From Octopus sinensis (lineage: Eukaryota), in assembly GCF_006345805.1 (NCBI RefSeq), contig NC_042998.1, forward strand, positions 187,054,001 through 187,118,000: 64,000 bases of DNA. The letters run 5' to 3'. The position numbers and the translations under genes are program-made. The stretch's first letter is position 1. Each line of letters begins with the position of its first letter. The notes beneath the pieces were generated by a model that did not search any database, was not told where the DNA came from, and saw nothing but the letters and a program-made list of their open reading frames with translations. Of the stretch, positions 39,230-51,516 are shown one piece after another.

Positions 39230-39750
39230 CCAGCAAATGTTCAGAGCGTGTGACATGTCTTCTTCCTCGATTATCTACAATTGAATAAGCCGTCGTGAGA
39301 ACAGCTATAGTCAGAGTATTATCCAAACTCGACACAAGACACTCTAAATTGGCGGGAGTGGAGAACGTCATAGCAGCTCGGACGTCTCGACACTGCGAAA
39401 TTGGCGGCTTTCTTGACTGTATTTATTTGCTGTGTTCACAGAAAGCTGTAGACGAGCTAAGGAACTATGGCGTGAACAACAGCCGTTCACTGGATAAAAT
39501 CTCGGTTGCGCACATGATCAAACTATGACTGAATTGCGGTTTGAGATTCATATCTGGCAAAACGGAGGTTACAATCCAGTACTACAACTCCTATATCATC
39601 TCTCCTTCATGGTTACTCTCTTGCAGAACTTGGTATTCCGGTACTTCCAGTGTTTCCACAGTTTACGAGGCAATAAAAGAGTATCTCCAAAACCACTCGG
39701 TCTGCTAAAGATAATAGGTTACAGATAGCCAGTGAAAAACCATTAAAATG
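39230..39750 (+). pseudogene. Highly decayed Ty3/Gypsy pol fragment (RNase H end to integrase linker)
   Basis: LSKLDTRHSKLAGVENVIAARTSR resembles ISQFxTDIRHVxGxxNVVADALSR; then SQKAVDEL and FHSL segments. Confidence 0.45.
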
Positions 39751-40120
39751 CCAAATTGACATCTGATGGTCAGATAATTACGTTTCGTGGGCCAGCGGTG
39801 AATGGGATCTTTAACTTTAGATCAGAATCACCTAAAGATGGCATCACAACAAAGACATTGATGGTGGTGGTGAACCTTATACCACATATGATGCAATAAT
39901 GCATGCACTTGCGTCGGGTATTTTGGAGAAGGTAGATATGTGATCCATTACAGTTTATCCCATTAGCACAAGGTTACATTTTGTAATATTTGCTTCTAAT
40001 CCCCAATGCCGCCTGATTAACCCAGCTAGATGGGAAATCGTGCTGGTGAACCAACATATACAGAGAAACGTCAATGGTGTTATAAAGAGGGCATTCAATC
40101 GTTCTTTATGGCGTAATACC

Positions 40121-40335
40121 TATTTCTTTACTACCCACAAGGGGCTAAACACAGAAGGGACAAACAAGGACAGACAAACGGATTAAGTCGATTATATCGA
40201 CCCCAGTGCGTAACTGGTACTTATTTAATCGACCCCGAAAGGATGAAAGCGGAATTTGAACTCATAACGTAGCGACAGACGAAATATTGCTGAGCATTTC
40301 GCCCGGCGTGCTAACGTTTCTGCCAGCTCGCCGCC
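40121..40335 (-). mobile_element. Family A SINE with 16-bp target-site duplication
   Basis: TTTATGGCGTAATACC (40105-40120) and TTTATGGCATAATACC (40336-40351) flank the copy; removing it restores the PLE reading W-R-N-T. Confidence 0.9.
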
Positions 40336-41396
40336 TTTATGGCATAATACCAATGAAGTTATTTCATTGTTTAAAGCTAAGCAGGGTAGAGGCAGAGCAA
40401 GGTTCACCCAATTTGCTATAGTAGATTTTTTATCCGTCTAATATCTAAATGGTTACTAGTTAAGGCGCTTGTGTTCGCTAGGAATTTAGTGATATTAATG
40501 ATAGGGAGACAGATGTAATAATGCACGCTAGGAAAACGCTGCTGTTCAATAAAGACCCAACTTGGGTCAAACAAACTAGCCTAGTAGGCTCCTTCGATGT
40601 GACGATGGGAGCATTCGACAGTGTGGATATCTGCGACCTCATGGAAGTATACATGCCGGTCACCTTAGCGAAGATGTTCCTGTTAGTCCTTTTGGTCTCT
40701 GCAGAGATGACGCTTTAGCCATCTCTAGAGGCGCTAACGAGCATCCTCTAGATAGGCCTAGGAAGGACCTGATTCGCACCGTCAGCTTCCTTAGCCTTAA
40801 GATTACAATTGAGACCAATCTTACCACTGTTAACTTTTTAGACGTCATGCTAGACCTGGGTACCTGTTCATATAGGTGCTACTGAAATCCAAACAAAAGG
40901 TAATCGTATTTTAACATAGCCTCCTGTAACCCACCTATCGTGTTCAAGGATCTAGTGAAGGGCATCAGTAAGAGGATTTCGAACCTATTCTCGAGTAAAG
41001 AGATTTTCGAGGCTGCAGTCCTTTATTACAACGACGGCCAGTGGGTTTAAGGACCTTATATGCCGGTTCCTAACATCCACAAAAGGTAGTACCACCGTAA
41101 AGTCATTTGGTTTACCCCGCCCTTCTCAATCAGCGTCAAGACCTGCGTGGTCAGATATTCCTCAGGTTAGTAGGCAAACACTTCACACAGTTACATATAT
41201 ACGGGCGATTGTGTAATAGGCACAACTTCAGGATCACATTCTGCTGTGCGCCCAGCTTTAAAAAAGTATTAGTGAACACTCATAACCCATGTGAAAAGGC
41301 AGGATGTTCATGCAGTGCCCATTGATGGGGGTTGTTTCGATGCAATTCCAGAGTTTTGGTCTATGAGGTTGAAGTGGTCCCCAGCAGCAACGGCAA

Positions 41397-41768
41397 GTGG
41401 AGGCGCAATGGCCCAATGGCTAGGGAGGCGGACTCGCGGTCGGAGGATCGCGGCTTCGATTCCCAGACCGGACGTTGTGTGTGTTTATTGAGCGAAAACA
41501 TCTAAAGCTCCACGAGGCGCCGGGAAGGGGGGTGGCGACCTCTGTTGAAGTCTTTCGCTCCAACTTTCTCTCACTCTTTCTTCCTGATTCTTGTCCCCGG
41601 CTTCTTACGCAACCGCTGAGCCTGGATGCGCATTCATCCATCCGTCGATGCTCTCGGTGTCGGGGGTTGACCTGCTTTCTCTTCTGTGGGTTTTACGAAT
41701 AGCAAAGGATCACGTTTCGGACTTCTCCCACTGAGACGAAGACCGCTTCGCTCAACAAACAAACAAAA
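41397..41768 (+). mobile_element. tRNA(Arg)-like SINE, family C, tail variant 2
   Basis: GTGGAGGCGCAATGGCCCAATGG...GCTTCGATTCCC head; tail CGCTTCGCTCAACAAACAAAC. Confidence 0.9.
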
Positions 41769-41769
41769 A

Positions 41770-42145
41770 CACCAGCGGCACCAACAACACATCCACCAGC
41801 AGCAGCAACAGTGACAACAACTGCAACAGCAGTGGCGGCGGTGATAGTGGCACCAACAGCGCACCAGGCAATAGCGGCAGCAACGGCAGCAGCAACGGCA
41901 GCAATAACAACAGCCAAAGCAACAGCACCAACAATGCGTCTGACAGCAGCTGCAGCAGCAGCAGAGATGCCGGCAACAATAGCAATAACAACAGCACTAA
42001 CATCACACCAACAATAACAGCAACAACGGCAGCGATACCAGCAGCAAAAACAACAACAGTAGCAGTTGCACCAGCAACGCATCCGGCAATAACAATAGAG
42101 GCAGCAGTGATGACGACAGCTACAACAACTGCAACATCACCAGCA
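41770..42145. repeat. Degenerate CAG/CAA trinucleotide expansion
   Basis: Direct reading; sits between the SINE tail and the resumption of the PLE ORF. Confidence 0.9.
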
Positions 42146-42636
42146 TAAGGGCACAGACACGTAAATATGCTAGAGCGAAAGAGAGTTCGTTCAAGCAACG
42201 TCTTAACAACCACAGGTCCTATTTTAGGATACCAGAGAGGCGGAACATCAAGTCCTTTACTATAAGTAAATGGAAGCTCCTCGAACATCCGGGACTGTAC
42301 CCCAACGGGAATAAACGATATAAGTTTTGCTTGACCAAGAGAGCAAGAATCTTGAAAAACTCGCTTGACTCGGCGACCTTCTTAAACTCCAAAACAGAGA
42401 TGTACAGTCTGTGACCTCATCCGAGGAAATGCATGTTGAAAACATGGAATTCCTCGTTTGCCAACAGAGGAAACGTAATCGTTCGTACACTGAGCTTTTT
42501 AGATGCAACTAGAACCGATCTAAGGCAGGTAATTCCATCTGTCGAATTTCGTTTCGGGATTTTTTGTTTGCAAACCTAACTGACCATGACATTTTCCTAC
42601 ATCCATTTGTAGAGAGGTTATATGCCTCTGGCGAAC

Positions 42637-42696
42637 GAATCTGACGAGTCGCCTATACTGCCAAGAGCTTTATAGGCGCGAAACCGATGGTCACTC
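42637..42696 (+). ncRNA. Type I hammerhead ribozyme motif in the PLE 3' pLTR
   Basis: CUGACGA (42641-47); stem II G(U)CGCCUAUA/UAUAGGCGC; GAAA (42680-83); stem III ACC-GAU-GGU; GUC cleavage triplet (42690-92). Stem I only 3 of 4 pairs in this copy. Confidence 0.75.
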
Positions 42697-43549
42697 TCTG
42701 GTCGGCCATAATAAACAACCTGCTAAGTATTACTGCTCTAAAGTTTTACAGCGTACTTCTTTTTGGATTTATGAACTACTGACCGATTGTGTGTGTGTGC
42801 GCGCGCGTGGTATTTCAAATATAATTTACTGAATAGAAATATGAACGGGAAATTACTCTAGTTTACACCAGGAAAGTGTTTTTGAAAAATACACTCATTC
42901 AAAATATTCTCGTTGCATGGGTACGCTATACGACGGTCTCATACGAACCCCGCAACATAGCTCATTGCAAATATAATTATTATTTGGCATTATTTTAATT
43001 TCGTGATTTTCGCAAATGAGAAAACTAATGGGGGGGGGGTCCATTTTAATAACTGAGAAAGTTCTCAGCAGAATTTCTAATTAAATGCATGCGAATCTTC
43101 AAAATACTCGTTGCTAAATATTTACAATCTGGAATTTCAGATAAGTAGAAGCTAATCCTTTTCTCCATTCATACCGTGCATCATGCAAGTTCTATGTGAG
43201 GAATGCTAAGTGACCGTCTAAGGTGTGCTTCGCGAGTGCTACACGACCACCAGAGTGGTAAATTCATTATGAATATTAAACTCATTCAATGATATAATTT
43301 GAAGCTAATTTCTTTTTTGTCCCCCGTGGAGAAATCTTGTAGCATTTGTTATGATATAACAGCGCACATTTTAAAACCAGATGTATCATATTATGGCACT
43401 GAGAGGATTGCAGGATAAAAATTGAGTAACAAAAATAAGGCCTGAAGGATAAACTATATCTCAACATCACATCCCCTGTGTTCTTCTTCGTGGTGAGCAA
43501 TTTCATTCGTTGAAAATTTATTAAATTAAGATGATTTTATTTATTCCCA

Positions 43550-45178
43550 TGTTACATGCAACTGAAGAATTAGAATTTTCAGTTGTATTTTCTGTAATGA
43601 ACTGGAATACCTGTGTTTCGAATTTCATCAAAATTGCAGATGAGGGTTATTTCCCTCTTTACACACCCTAAAAAAATTGTAATCGTGCCACATGTATCCC
43701 ATACTAATGATTTTTATGCGCATATTCCAAAATTCCAGTCTTATAGAACTTGTTAAAAGGATTTTGCTCCTGGAAAAGGGAGGTCAAAGAGCTCTAAAAT
43801 GTGAGAGTTAAGGCCCCAATTGGAGGTGGGTGTCTTAATGTCAAGCAAAGAAGTTGAATTGTTGAGAATCTTTTTAACTTGGGTCCTATATCTATTGTTT
43901 GAATTTCTTTGAAATAGGAAATATATGTTCACTGGGTTTGTAAAAGAGAGCAAAGCTACAGGAAACCAAAAGATTAATGATCACAATAAGCAGTTAGCTA
44001 CCCTACCCTAGTCGTTACCACTCCCAATGTAGGATTCCTCACCATCCAGATATGATGCATTACGAATCTACAGCAATTGGAAGGGTGTGACCCAACTGAA
44101 ATAGATATTAACAACTGTGTGACGTGAGGGCTAAGGAGAAATGAAAGTGTCACCTCTGGAGTTTGCAAATGACCACTATACTGATATGTAACTGGACAGA
44201 ATAAATTTACAATCTATAAATATCTTTGAATAACCAGTCACTCATCTGGGAAGGCCTTGAAATCACTGTTACTATCTGTGGACTATGTGATAATAAAAAG
44301 ACTGAAAGGAGGTCTGCAACCAAATAACTTTACTCAACACCTTGCAATTGAATCAGTGGAGGCAAATATGTCTCTTATTTACTTGACAATTTATGCACCA
44401 CATTGCAGAAATCACAATCTAAATATATGTCAAAGCAAACTGTTACACTGTTGTAACATTGAATTACAAATAATACTCATCTTTTATGCTCGGGTGACCC
44501 TACAGCTTCCAAGAGTACAACTGTATTCGTCGTTGCTTAGATAAAATGACTAAATTGTGGGTGTTAAGTCCCCATGGAGGGGTCTTTCTAACTTGTAAGA
44601 AGATGAAATTTTATAAATATTACTTCATTTGTGTGTAATATCTATGGTTAAAATTTCATTAACAGCAAAAATATATGAATTGTTATGGGGGTTATGGCCC
44701 TTATGCATAGAATATAATTTCTAAATTTTGTAAAGAGCCATTCAGTACTTTTGACCTAGTTTTGGATCATAAAAGAAATTACTAAAATTTGGGAGTTAAG
44801 GCCCCCATTAGGGTGTCTTATCCTCATGTGAAGTGGAAACTTTGAGAATACTTCTTGATGTGAATCAATTACCCATGGTTGAAATTTCATCAACATCAAA
44901 AATTTATGAATTTTCATGGGGGTTCTGCCCCCTTTAAGCCATCTGAAATTCAAACCAAACATATTGCATTATACCCATCCTTATGCATTGAATCTAAGTT
45001 TCAAATATCGTAAGGATCCATTAAGTAATTTTGGTCCATGAAATTGTATGAAACACACAGCATTACCCTTCTCCCTAGGCTTGGATTTTGTGTTCCAAAT
45101 TTCATTATGATCAGTGCAACAGTTTTCGAATGTATTAGTAACACACGAACGCAAAGACATTGACTTTGATATAATAGA
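43550..45178 (-). mobile_element. Possible long non-autonomous Helitron-like element with internal ~150-bp modules
   Basis: Minus-strand start TCTATTATATCAAAG at 45178. Recurrent modules ATGAAATTT(C/T)AACC... and GAGTTAAGGCCCC...GGGTGTCTTA (43805, 44793). 3' end not located. Confidence 0.35.
44043..44095 (-). CDS. Tentative exon (xGSHPSNCCRFVMHHIWM), phase 1 to 0
   Basis: Acceptor CTATTTCAG, donor GTGAGG, one open frame, phase-compatible with its neighbours. Lies in possibly repeat-derived DNA. Confidence 0.2.
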
Positions 45179-45240
45179 AACGAATATGCACATATACATA
45201 CATGTATATATATGTGCGTGTGCGTGTGTGTATGTATGTG

Positions 45241-45303
<63 letters not shown>

Positions 45304-45316
45304 CATACATACATAC

Positions 45317-45352
<36 letters not shown>

Positions 45353-46199
45353 ATTCTGATTGTGTGGGTCAAGTAGAGAACCTCTATTTCTTTTCTACGC
45401 CAGCTTTGAAGGACATGTAAATAATTTTTCATTTGTTTCGGTTAAACACAGAAAGTTTATATTTCATGAGAAGAATATTCAAAATTGTGAAGTTCGTAGC
45501 ATTTCCAAAAACATTGCTGAAATAAATTAAGTTGAAAGGCTTCAACTGAGAATCGAACCTGCATCGCTGCCTCTTCGTCAAGCATTGAAGTTCTCAGTTA
45601 TTATTATGAATATTATCTCTAAATTCATTGCACAAGAAAAGCCACACGGGAATCGTGAGTATAGTTGTCTATTTTGCAGGTTTGACTTTGAAAAGTTTGT
45701 CAAGGGCAACTGCAACTTTCTATTACATAGTATAGTGAATATGTGCGTGTGCGTATGGGGGGTGTCAAATTACATTTTACTAGTCGAAGCTGAGCAGTTA
45801 CAAACTGTGAATTATTCCTCTACTGATAATAAAGCTATTATCGGGAGAGTATCTGAACTAGATTTAAATCTACCTAAGCCACTGACACAAACATTGAATT
45901 TAACTGAAATACGAAGATGTTGTCATTTATCTTCCAGATCAGAACTGATCAAATAGACCGATGGTAAAAGACGTTTTAACAATGATCATCTCGACTTTTT
46001 TGTAGACCCGGGAATGCGTTGTTCAATAAGTCTCTCTTTTTTTAATATGGCAGGATGTAAACTGAGAGAGATTTGAATGCTATTTCTCGAAGGTGTAGTT
46101 TAGACCCAGATAAACTCTAGTCAAATAAACCTATGACGAAAGGCATTTTCAGTCCTACCCAACTCTTCTTTTTTGTATATTTCGGATTTTATTGGTCAG

Positions 46200-46480
46200 T
46201 GTGTCCTCCATATTTTAAGGACGTAGGATGTGATTTGAGGAAACTTGGCTGCTACTTCTTACAGGCGGGGTTATTGCATAGAAACTCCGTCGTTGGCTCG
46301 ATTTGTCGAACTTAGTTGTATAGATATCCGTCAAAAGTAAAAATGCTGATTTGTGGGATTGCATCATCAGATACTTCATGAACGAAAGGATTTTTATTCG
46401 AAAAAAATTCAAGATTACTAAATTATCCTTACAGAATAATCTTCTTTTGACGCTGGCACTTAACCAACATTTTGTGCACT
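46200..46480 (+). pseudogene. Possible decayed Merlin/ISXO2-like transposase N-terminal zinc-ribbon fragment
   Basis: YFLQAGLL...C then DLWDC...IR..F..TKLSLQNNLLL loosely resembles FLQxxGLL...DGyxWRC...SIRxxSFFxxSKLSL. Weak. Confidence 0.3.
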
Positions 46481-47260
46481 GAAGTGCGGTGGAAAGCTCT
46501 CGGATTTCGACATTCAATCATAACAACTAGCGGAACCCATGGAAATTCCACGGTGTAAGTCAGCACGTTTGAAAACATTATATTAATATATTAAACGCAA
46601 GCAAAGAATTTCAAAAAATTCTTTTGAAATCCTGCCATTTAATCAAAGCTGTACTTTTAAATATAATTGAAATGAACATAGATGGTATTGCTTACTTATC
46701 TTCTTTTAATACATTTGATAGATGATATGATGAGCTTTATAGTTTAAGGAAATAAATGAAGAATTAAAAAGATAAAACTTATTCACATATATTGAATTAA
46801 ATGTTTATTATTTACAATCTTTTATTACATATTTATAAAGTAAATAAATAAATACAAACTATATTTCATATGATTATGATATGTACATAGGAAAAAGATA
46901 TGAGCTTACTCACTGAATACAAAACTCTACATTACAAACGGGACATTACAAACTGTAATATGTGACGTACATACATACATAGAAATAGAAATAAAAGCTT
47001 ATTTACTGAAAAACAGACAAACGAACGAACATTGTAAACGGGACTGGAACATATAAAAGTATGACATCCACAGCTATTTGCTAAGGTTATTTTGACTATC
47101 TATCGATATATCTTTTTACTGCATAAATTTATAGATCTTCATGACATTATCTCATTATGTTAAACATTTCGATTGTGCCTGCAATTTAAACACACAAATG
47201 CAGAAGACTATAGACTTTCTCTTTTCTCCCTCCACCTTTCTCTCTCTCTATGTCTCACTT

Positions 47261-47300
<40 letters not shown>

Positions 47301-47385
47301 TCTTTCTCTCGTGTATTCTCTTTCTATTTTTTCACCGATTCCACTATTTCCGTTTCTGTCTTACTCTCCACTTCTTATATATATT

Positions 47386-47933
47386 CAGGGTTATTCAAAA
47401 AGAATGAACCGATTTCATTACGCAGTATTTTAATAAAGAAAAGCAATAGAAAACTCCAGTTGAGTCACAAGTATTTACTCACAATCAACTTTTATTTCCT
47501 GTGTTACAAGTGTTCAATGTGGCCACCACCTGCAGCACGCGTAACATCAATGCAATATGAGAATTCCTCCCAGACGCGTATCAGCATATCACGATCCACT
47601 GAGTTGATCGCTGTTCTCTCTCCTAAGGTGAACGTTTTCTGTGCTGTGTCTCAGAACAAGGTTTATGGTTCCTTTTTCTTTGAAGGAAACACCATTACAA
47701 GACAAAACTATCTCGATATGCTCCAAAACTGGCTCTTCACTTCACTGCAAGCAGATTCGCATAACTTCATTTTTCAACAAGATGGAACACCACCCCACTG
47801 GCACTTGATGGTTCGAGCTATTTTAAATGAAAGAGTGCCCCAGCGATGGATTGGTCGGAAAAGGGCCCAAGACCTTGCTCTTCGTGCTTGGCCTGCGAGA
47901 TTTCCAGACCTCACCGTGTGTGATTTTTTCCTT
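47386..47933. mobile_element. Rearranged Tc1/mariner remnant (one TIR, inverted C-terminus fused to the catalytic core)
   Basis: 47386-47617 minus: RTAINSVDRDMLIRVWEEFSYCIDVTRAAGGGHIEHL* plus TIR. 47618-47933 plus: SPKVNVFCAV...FQQDGTPPHW...WPARFPDLTVCDFFL. Confidence 0.85.
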
Positions 47934-47959
47934 TCCCTACTAAATTACTGGCCTTCGCT

Positions 47960-48110
47960 TAAGACGGCGAGTTGGCTGAATTGCTAGGGAGCCAGATAAA
48001 ATGCTTAGCGGCATTTCTTCCTGCGCTTTACGTTCTGAGTTCGAATTCAGCCGACGTTGTCTTAGCTTTTCATCCTTTCGGTGTCGCTAACATATCAAGG
48101 GTCGCTGACA
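47960..48110 (+). mobile_element. Decayed family A SINE
   Basis: GACGGCGAGTTGGC head, GTTCTGAGTTCGAATTC B box, TTTCATCCTTTCGG. Confidence 0.7.
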
Positions 48111-48539
48111 TGACACCCATCCCACCTACACACATACACTTTAAATATGTTCCCTTGTACCATAATCAGAAACACGTCAAACACACAGTGACGATCGTTG
48201 TGGAAGAAAAAGAATTTTTTAAAAAAGAGAGAAGAAAGCACGCTCAGAAAGTCCATAGTTTCAACCTGGTTTTCATTCTTGGCTCAGAAATTTCGCTTCG
48301 CTTACTCAATGCCCTTGAGAACACATCAACATCATACAATCTCAATTCCTATACCTATAAAGCATTGTGTCTTATATAAGAAATCAATATTTCGTCACTG
48401 TTTAAATTCCTACCTGTTTTCTATTATATCACCAACCTCTTCCTCAATGTTATTAGATGTTATATCCAAATCTCTGCATCTCTATAATTCGAATAACTCA
48501 GGTGCGCACGTAAGTGCGCGTGTGCGTTTGCATGTGCGT

Positions 48540-48558
48540 GTATATGTAAACATGTATG

Positions 48559-48605
<47 letters not shown>

Positions 48606-48684
48606 GTGTGTGTGTGTGTGTATATATATATATAATATATGTATGTATGTGTGTATGTACGTATGTATGTATATATATATATAT

Positions 48685-48715
<31 letters not shown>

Positions 48716-49109
48716 GATATATATATATATATATGTATGTATGTATATATATATATATATATATATGTATATGTATATATATATAATTATGTATGTATAT
48801 GTATGAAATTATGTGGGTGTATATATATATATACATGTATACACACACATACATACATGCATGCATACATACATACATACATACATACATACATACATAC
48901 ATACTTACATACATACATACACACACGCACATAGCGTGCGGTGCATTCTTATGACATTACCTTTGTCACGTACATGTACGTGCGCACATACTTTTCCAAT
49001 TAACTAATTTTGCCTATTATTTCATATCGTTTCTATTTCTGTAATCATATATCCGTGTGTGTGTGCGTGAGTGTGAGTGTGTGTGTGTGTGTGTGTGCGT
49101 GTGTGTGTG

Positions 49110-49160
<51 letters not shown>

Positions 49161-49177
49161 GTGTGTGTGTGTGCGTG

Positions 49178-49217
<40 letters not shown>

Positions 49218-49530
49218 GTGTGTGTGTGTGTGTGTGAGTGAGCGTGCGTGCGTATGTGTGCATACGTTTGCGTGTGCACAAATATATTACATACACACAT
49301 TTATGTAAATACATATATGTGTGTATATATATATATATATATGTATTTATGAATATGCGTGGGTGTGTGCGTGCGTCTATATGTTTGCGTGAGTACACAC
49401 ACACACCACACACACATATATATATATATATACATATATAATATACATACATATATATACATATATACATATATACATATATACATATATGTATATATAT
49501 ATAATATATACATATATATATATATATATG

Positions 49531-49593
<63 letters not shown>

Positions 49594-49640
49594 TATATAC
49601 CTTATATGCATATGTATTTATGTATGTATGTATGTATGTA
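48540..49640. repeat. Compound TA/TG/ATAC microsatellite block
   Basis: Direct reading. Confidence 0.95.
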
Positions 49641-49799
49641 CGTACATATATGGCACGTTTGCGTGTGGGTAGTGAGCAGGAGAGAGAAAATGGGAGTGTG
49701 TGTGTGTGTGTGTTGGGGGTGACAAGTGTAGTTAATGTAAAATCGAACGCACGCAGTACATGTTATGATCAAAGATAATGAAAAGTTTCAATGACATAC

Positions 49800-49868
49800 C
49801 TTTCTCTGACGTCACCTTTTGACAACTATAGGAGGATGTTAAACACACATCGACATCATTTACATCCG
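49800..49868 (-). CDS. Tentative exon (xDVNDVDVCLTSSYSCQKVTSEK), phase 1 to 1
   Basis: Branch-like CCTAAT and acceptor ACAG (AG at 49869-70); strong donor AAG|GTATGT; 69 nt; single open frame. Confidence 0.35.
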
Positions 49869-50009
49869 CTGTATTAGGTATAACAAGGACGGCGGGGGGG
49901 GGGGATGAGGAAGGGGAGGAGGAGGTGATGGTTTGGTTTTGGAGGCTGAAGTGGAAGAAAGCGAGCAGATTGATAAATATTAAAATGAATGAGAACAAGG
50001 AAAAATAAA

Positions 50010-50390
50010 AGTAGTGGTGGTGGTGGTGGTGGTGGTGGTGGTGGTGGTGGTTTTGGTGGTGGTGGTGGTGGTGGTGGTGGTGGTGGTGGTGGTGGTGGTG
50101 GTGGTGGTGGTTTTGGTTGTGGTGGTTTTGGTGGTGGTGGTGGTGATTATGGTGGTGGTGGTGGTTATGGTGGTTATGGTGGGGGTGGTGGTGGCGGTGG
50201 TGGTGGCGGTGGTGATTATGGTGGTGGTGGTGGTGGTGGTGGTGGTTATGGTTGTGGTGGGGGTAGTAGTAGTAGTAGTAGAAGAAGAAGAAGAAGAAGA
50301 AGAAGAAGAGGAAGAAACAAGAGAAGTTGGAGAAAAAGGAGAACAAAAAGAATCACAATGGTTTATAATATTAAACGATCAACAATTGCT

Positions 50391-50435
<45 letters not shown>

Positions 50436-50450
50436 GTCATCACCATCATC
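50010..50450. repeat. GGT/AGT/GAA/CAT trinucleotide microsatellites
   Basis: Direct reading. Confidence 0.95.
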
Positions 50451-50747
50451 AGTGGCAGCCGTAGCCGCATATGTAACAACAACAAAAAGACAGATTAAAT
50501 AATAATAAAAAAAAAAACAAAGCAAAAACAATGATTTTTCTCTGCATGTATCCTGAAAAGAATTCTTGTTTTTCCATTGGCTTGACATTAAAATTATCGT
50601 CCTCGATAAAATTAGTCTGAGTAAATAGCGAAAACATTTGAAATCAGAACAATGAGGTATCAAACTAAACCTGCTGTCGGTTTCAACATTGAACCTCTTG
50701 TCTGATGACGTTTGCCAGAAACAGCATGCTTGGTTGGTCACTCTTTG

Positions 50748-51141
50748 CTCTTTTTTTACTCTTTTACTTGTTTCAGTCATTTGACTGCGGCCATGCTGGA
50801 GCACCGCCTTTAGTCGAGCAAATCGACCCCCAGGACTTATTCTTTGTAAGCCTAGTACTTTTTCTATCGGTCTCTTTTTGCCGAACCGCTACGTTACGGG
50901 GACGTAAAACACACCAGCATCGGTTGTCAAGCGATATTTCGGGGACAAACACAGACACACAAACATATATATACACACACACACATATACATGTATACGA
51001 TGGGCTTCTTTCAGTTTCCGTCTACCAAATCCACTCACAAGGCTTTGGTCTGCCCGAGGCTATAGTAGAAGACACTTGCCCAAGGTACCACGCAGTGGGA
51101 CTGAACCTTGAACCATGTGGTTGGTAAGCAAGCTACTTACA
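50748..51141 (-). mobile_element. Family B SINE, slightly 5'-truncated
   Basis: Family B tail and body; A-box end missing. Confidence 0.9.
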
Positions 51142-51516
51142 CAAAATGTTTTTAAAATTACATAAAACAATAAAATAAAAGGTTTCTCACTGGCGATGCT
51201 CCAGCATGGCCACAGCTTTTGAGCTGAAACGTATAAACGAATAAAAGAATAACAAAATTCAGACCACATCACTTATTTATATCCTAAGATAGAATAAAAG
51301 AAGACACATTTTGCGCCTTAAGAAATGGTTTATAAAGTCGTTATAGATCTATCAGACACTTGTCTCCAGAATAGGTGAAACACTTTAATACAAGCTGTTG
51401 CAAAACATGATAAGACGAACTGTTGCATTCATTGCACAAAGAAGTAGGGAAATAAATCTAAGTATACATTCTAAAAAGGAAAAAAATATCGGAAACACAG
51501 CATTAAACACCAGAAA

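Larger units (their letters stand above)
39800..42760 (+). mobile_element. Penelope-like retroelement (RT plus C-terminal GIY-YIG), decayed, with nested SINEs and a 3' pLTR
   Basis: NPQCRLINPA, W(R)NTNEVISLFK, IVDFYPS, FDVTMGAFD, GLCRDDAL, VNFLDVMLDL, HPP, RKVIWFTPPFS, then GIY-YIG remnants (SFKQRLNNHRS, FCLTKR, LNSKTE). Interrupted by SINEs at 40121 and 41397. Confidence 0.9.

Noticed and set aside
14780-49815. Three perfect CRE palindromes TGACGTCA (14780, about 31686, about 49808)
   Set aside because: Three 8-mers in 64 kb is too few to distinguish from chance, and one falls inside a candidate exon.
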